The translations under genes were made by a program, and so were the position numbers. DNA of 12,258 bases from an uncultured Verrucomicrobiae bacterium (lineage in GTDB: Bacteria; Verrucomicrobiota; Verrucomicrobiia; Limisphaerales; JAFGQR01): NCBI GenBank assembly GCA_963788655.1, contig CAWBHS010000013.1, positions 1 to 12,258 of the forward strand. Reading direction: 5' to 3'. Positions 7,368 to 12,258 of the stretch are shown here, piece after piece. The notes under the pieces are model-generated. The model made no database searches. It was not told where the DNA came from and saw only the letters and a program-made list of their open reading frames with translations. Each line of letters opens with the position of its first letter. Position 1 is the stretch's first letter.

Positions 7368-9439
7368 ATGCCGCGCGAGCGGCTTCGCAACTTCGGCATC
7401 ATTGCGCACATCGATGCCGGGAAGACGACGACCACGGAAAACTTGCTGCGCTTCGCCAAGGTCATCCACCAAACGGGCACGGTGGACGAAGGCAACACGA
7501 CCACCGACGATTACCTCCTGGAACAGCGCAAGGGTATCACGATCTTCAGCGCAGCCATCACCTGCCAGTGGCGCGACTGCATGCTCAACCTGATCGACAC
7601 GCCGGGACATGTGGATTTCACCGCCGAAGTCGAGCGTTCGCTGCGCGTTCTCGATGGGGCGGTGGTGGTCTTTGATGCGGTGTCAGGCGTCGAGGCTCAA
7701 ACCGAGACGGTGTGGCGTCAGGCCAACCATTATGCCGTGCCGCGGCTGTGTTTCCTTAACAAAATGGACCGGGTGGGCGCCCGCTTCGAGGCAAGTCTGG
7801 AGTCCATTCGTCGTCGGCTCGATGGCCGGCCAGTGGTCTTGACGATGCCCGCCGGCGCGGAGGCCGGATTCGCGGGCGTCATCGACGTGCTACGAATGAA
7901 GCGCCTGCGCTTCGATCCGGCGACCGAGGGGGCGACGATCATTGAAGACGAGGTCCCGCCGGAACAGGCCGAAGAAGCGGCGCGTTACCGCGCGGAAGCC
8001 ACGGAAGCGGCGGCGGAGGCGGACGAGGAACTCATGGACAAGTTCATCGAGAACCAGCCCCTGACCCTTGACGAGATCAAGCGCGGATTGCGCAAGGCGA
8101 CGTTGGCGTGCCGTATTCAGCCCACGTTTGCCGGCGCCGCAAGGTTGCACGCGGGGGTGCAGCCGGTGATCGATGGCATCGTCGATTTCCTCCCATCGCC
8201 ACTGGATGTTCCGATCATTGAAGGACGCGATCCCGAGGGTAATCCAGCCCGCCGTGACCTGCGAACGGACACGCATCTTTGTGCGCTGGCGTTCAAAACG
8301 AGCACGGATCAGCATGGCGAGTTGACGTTTCTGCGCATCTACTCCGGTTCGCTGCACCGGGGCGACCGGCTTTACAATCCGCGCGCCGGCCAGCCGGAAC
8401 GTCCGCTCCGGCTTTACCGTATGTTTGCCAATCACCGTCGGGATGCGATTGAGGTGGCGGGACCGGGCGAAATCGTGACCGTCGTGGGACTCAAATCCAC
8501 TGTAACGGGCGACACACTATGCGACAAACGGTGGCCGATTCTCCTGGAGACGATGCACTTTCCCGAGCCGGTGTTGCAGGTCGCCATCGAGCCCAAGTCG
8601 AGCGCGGATCGTGACAAGTTGAACACAGTCCTCCATTGGCTGGCGAAAGATGATCCGACTTTTCGGGTGGCGAAGCACGCGGATACCGGGCAGACCATGC
8701 TGCAATGCATGGGCGAATTGCACGCCGAGGTAATCCTGTTCCGAATCACAAACGACTTCAAAGTGGCCGCGACACTGCGTGAACCGCAGGTGGCCTACAA
8801 GGAAATGCCCCAAACGTCCGCCGAGGGCGAAGCAACGTGCGCGGTCAAACTCGGCGATAAAAGCGTGTTCGGGCACGTGCGCGTCCGGGTCACTCCCTCG
8901 ACGCAGCAAGTGGCACCTCGCGTGATCGAGGACTTTCCCAACGAGGTGACGCGGAAAGCCCTGGCGCGTTTTCTGCCGGCAATCAGAGCCGGTTTACTCA
9001 GCGAAGCGGGCAGCGGTCCGGTGGCCGGTTATCCGTTGATTTACTCGGAACTTCGGCTGCTCGGGGGAACCGTCACCACCGAAAGCGCGGACGCCGCTTA
9101 CAGTTCTGCCGCCGCCAACGCGGTTCGCCAGGCGGTGGCGCAGACCAAGGCGACGATCGTCGAGCCGCACATGACCTTCGCGGTGACGGGGCCGGAACAA
9201 GCGGTTGGCAACATCGTCAGCGATCTCAACCGTCGCGGCGCCAGCATCAGCGATATTCAATCATCGAGGGCAACCGCAAGGTGGTGCGGGGCACGGTCCC
9301 GTTGTCGCAGATGTTTGGCTACGCGACCACCATCCGCTCCCTCACGGGTGGCTTGGGTTCCTACACCTTGGAACCGTTCGATTATCGACCCTTGGCGGAA
9401 AGCGAATACCAGCGGCGCTTCGGTTATGGTTCATCGTGA
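7368..9439 (+). CDS. fusA: Elongation factor G paralog (EF-G2/spdEFG2-like); one-base deletion near 9260; ~690 aa when joined
   Basis: Motifs AHIDAGKTT, KGITI, DTPGHVDF, NKMDR, MGELH, PQVAYKE. The true domain V tail (IEGNRKVVRGTVPLSQMFGYATTIRSLTGGLGSYTLEPFDYRP..GSS*) is in another frame from 9260 and ends at TGA 9437-9439. No adjacent rpsL/rpsG/tuf. Confidence 0.92.
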
Positions 9440-9480
9440 CGGCGGAAAGCGCCTTAACCGTCACCATGCATTTGCGTGTC

Positions 9481-9626
9481 GGGAGCGGGCCCGCCTCGGG
9501 CGCTACCAACCGGCGCCCTCGCCGGTTGGTCCGGTGGCCGAGACGTCATTGAATCGTGAGGCTACTCGGATATTCGAACGTGGTTGGCGAGGCGCCAACC
9601 ACGGCGCCCGAGGCGGGCGCGCTCCC
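9481..9626. repeat. REPIN/MITE-like structured element
   Basis: 23-bp terminal IR with 22/23 match (9481-9503 / 9604-9626), each arm abutting a perfect 11-bp hairpin (9505-9530; 9579-9603). Confidence 0.85.
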
Positions 9627-9658
9627 CGTTCGAACTAAATCAGGACGGCTTTTACATT

Positions 9659-10543
9659 ATGCTGAAACTGGAATACCTGGCTGAGTTGGTGGAGACGAAT
9701 CGAGAAGCGCTGTCCGCGACGGTCAAAGAATTTTCCCTGGACGGCCGCGTTTTTGCCTTCAATACCCGTCCCGCATTGATGGGCGTGGTCAACCTTTCCG
9801 CCGATTCATGGTATCGGGAAAGTGTTTGTCTTTCCACTGAACAAGCCGTGCAACAAGCCCTCGTGCTGACGGCGCAGGGAGCGGACTTGGTGGACGTGGG
9901 CGCCGAGTCCACGCTGGCGCAAGCGGCACGAGTTGATGCGGCGGGGCAAACGTCCCGGTTGCTGCCGGTGATTGCGGCGTTGCGGCAGGCGAACGTGCTG
10001 GTATCCGCGGAAACCTATCAGCCGGCGGTCGCCCGGGCCTGTTTGGAGGCGGGGGCCAAGGTGCTCAATCTTACTGGCAGCGATCACGGCAACGAAATCT
10101 ACCGGATGGCTGCCGATCATGCGGCAGCCGTCATTATCTGTTACGTCCAAGGGCCCAATGTTCGCGAGGTGGGCGATTTCGACTTCGGGGCTGATCCGGT
10201 GGCTGGGATGTCCGGATTCTTTGCCCGCCAGATCGAAGCCGCCGCCGAGCAGGGCGTGGAGCGTATCCTGATTGATCCGGGCCTGGGTTTCTATTACCGC
10301 AATGTCGAGGACGGCGCGGGCGGTTCGGCCGGGATGACGGTGTTCTTCGGCAGCTTTCGGTTGCGGTCGTTGGGCGTTCCGATTTGTCGGGCGTTGCCGC
10401 ATGCGTTCGAGTTCTTTGGCGAGGAAGTGCGCTGTGCGGAACCATTCTTTGCGGTGCTGGCGGCGTTGGGGCGCACCGATGCACTTCGCACTCACGAAGT
10501 GGCCCGCACCAAAGCGGTGCTGGAGACACTCCAGGTTTTTTGA
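9659..10543 (+). CDS. folP: Dihydropteroate synthase-like pterin-binding TIM-barrel protein (divergent, 294 aa)
   Basis: LMGVVNLSADSWY, GADLVDVGAEST, SAETY, VLNL, LIDPGLGF and RTHEV correspond to DHPS motifs. ATG 9659 is preferred because the ORF-track start (9584) lies in the repeat element. Confidence 0.75.
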   Translation: MLKLEYLAELVETNREALSATVKEFSLDGRVFAFNTRPALMGVVNLSADSWYRESVCLSTEQAVQQALVLTAQGADLVDVGAESTLAQAARVDAAGQTSRLLPVIAALRQANVLVSAETYQPAVARACLEAGAKVLNLTGSDHGNEIYRMAADHAAAVIICYVQGPNVREVGDFDFGADPVAGMSGFFARQIEAAAEQGVERILIDPGLGFYYRNVEDGAGGSAGMTVFFGSFRLRSLGVPICRALPHAFEFFGEEVRCAEPFFAVLAALGRTDALRTHEVARTKAVLETLQVF

Positions 10544-10613
10544 AGCGCGAGGATAAGGTGGAATGCCAGGGGTGTCGGGCGAAGGCTTTGGGTAATGACC
10601 GAGGAACCAATTC

Positions 10614-12258
10614 GCTCTGTAGCAAAATTTGTGGGTGGATTTGAAACAGAGCGGACTATGAAAAAGGAAAAAGGTGCGTCGCCAGAGTGACGATATTGCT
10701 GAGCGGGACGAACGGAACATATGGAGGAGGCTCAACCGGGTGAGAGGAATACCGCCGGACCTGGGACACCTTGCGCACGATCTGAGCCGCATTTCAATGA
10801 GAAAAAGACAGGCTCCGATCGGCGCCTATCCCCATCGGCGACCCTCCCCTCAACCTGGCGCTGGTGGACAACCGACGGCTGGGACTACGGGGCGGAGCGT
10901 GCGTGGCAAAAAAGAATAGCTGATCCCCTTGTGCGCCGATTAGTTTCACTTGCAAACAAAACAAACCATCGACCCGGGAACCGGCTGTTCAACTCGAAGT
11001 TAAAACCATCCTGAACCGGATACAACGTTTTGCGGGGTTCGTTTACAAGGAGGTCCGGCTCCTGTGCGAGCGCGACAAGCTGCGCGTTGAGATTACCCTG
11101 GAGGCGCATCGAGGGCGGTGCGGCAGGTGCTGGAACTCCCTGGAGCCGGCGCCACCGTTACGACCGAGACCCGGAACGAACCTGGCTCTTTGTGCCGCTG
11201 TGGGGCATTAAAACCGAATTCCTCTATGCGCCGCGGCGGGTGGAGTGTCCCACGCATGGGGTCATCGTCGAGCACATGCCGTGGAGCCGGGGCAAGAGAC
11301 CGATCACCACGGCGATGATGGGATTCTTGGCGCGATGGGCGCGGCACTTGTCCTGGCGACAGACCGCCCTGGCGTTTCAGACCAGTTGGGAAGCGGTCTA
11401 TCGTTCGGTCGAGTGGTTCGTGGAGTGGGGGTTGGCCCACCGTCAGATTGAAGGGGTCCAATCCCTTGGCGTCGACGAGATCCATTGGGGCCAAGGCAAG
11501 CGGGCGGAGCAATTCCTGACCGTCATCTACCAGATCGACCAGCACTGTCGGCGGCTGTTGTGGGTGGGGCGCCGACGCACGCAGGCCACGCTGCGCCGGG
11601 GCTTTGAGGCGTTGGGGCCGACGGTGCTCAGCGGCGTGCGCTTTGTCTGCAGTGACATGTGGCGGGCCTACCTGAATGTGATTGGGGCCAAGATCCCGCA
11701 CGCCTTGCACGTGTTGGACCGTTTCCACATCACGATGCATTTGAATCAAGCCGTCGACCAAGTGCGCCGAGCCGAGAGTGGTCGGCTGCGGGGACGTCCC
11801 GCGGCCAAAAAGCTCAAGCACATGCGGTGGAAGTTGCTGCGCCGGGGAAATCGGGTCCGCGGCCGGGCCAAGCAAAAGCTTTGGGGACTGCTGCGCAGTA
11901 AACTGGCCACTGGGCGAGCCTGGATGCTCAAGGAAACCTTCGAGCCGTTCTGGCGCTATCGCTCTGTCACTTGGGCCAGGGCTTTTCTGGACGTTTGGAC
12001 TGAACGAGCTCTGCGCAGCCGCCTTGAACCGATGGCCAAAGTGGCCAGGATGCTGCGCAACCACCAAGAGCTGCTCTTGAACTGGTTCCGCGCCAAAGGG
12101 GAACTCTCGTCCGGCCCGGTCGAGGGTCTGAACAATAAAATCCGAGTGGTGACCAGAAGATCCTACGGATTTCGCACCTACGACGCGATGGAAATAGCCT
12201 TGTATCACACGTTAGGCCGGCTCCCAGAGCCGGAAACTACCCACAGATTCTGCTGACG
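10614..12258 (+). mobile_element. ISL3-family insertion sequence (~1.65 kb; right end truncated by the window)
   Basis: Imperfect IRs 10621-10641 vs 12234-12254 (17/21 match; AGCA.AAT.TGTGGGT). The transposase stop lies inside the right IR. Confidence 0.85.
10987..12256 (+). CDS. ISL3-family DDE transposase; +1 frameshift at ~11150-11158; start codon unclear
   Basis: N-terminus LEVKTILNRIQRFAGFVY..LEAHRGRCGRC is in frame 1 (10993-11150) and continues in frame 2 as YDRDPERTWLFVPLWG..RRVECPTHG, GVDEI, CSDMW, LDRFHI, VEGLNNK, RRSYGFR. Confidence 0.9.

Noticed and set aside
7368..9439. TetM/TetO ribosomal protection protein
   Set aside because: Length (~690 aa), full G' region and domain V (MFGYATTIRSLTGG) are EF-G-like, and the YSPVST loop of ribosomal protection proteins is absent.
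9261..9638. Novel C-terminal extension of EF-G (756-aa ORF)
   Set aside because: Result of the frameshift near 9260; the canonical domain V is in another frame, ends at 9439, and the extension runs through a repeat element.
10600..10613. Target-site duplication of the ISL3 element
   Set aside because: The right flank is outside the window, so it cannot be assessed.

Overview
GC-rich bacterial window bounded by two mobile elements. (1) 1-3562: a RIT-like (Recombinase In Trio) tyrosine-recombinase element. It has perfect terminal inverted repeats of at least 101 bp (1-101 / 3462-3562), each carrying three ATGTG(A/G)AGT boxes. Its first two recombinases (RitA-like and RitB-like) appear fused into one ~770-aa protein with two complete catalytic sites, followed by a RitC-like gene. 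This is the most interesting feature. (2) Host genes, all on +: a ~980-aa secreted putative glycoside hydrolase (3956-6908), a stand-alone divergent EF-G paralog lacking the domain IV translocation motifs (7368-9439), and a divergent DHPS/pterin-binding protein (9659-10543). Several REP/REPIN-like palindromic elements sit in the spacers, some with compensatory stem changes. (3) ~10614-12258: an ISL3-family IS cut off inside its right IR. Four single-base frameshifts (ritC start, hydrolase, EF-G, transposase) suggest indel-prone sequence, so all frame-dependent claims, including the RitA-RitB fusion, need read-level confirmation.
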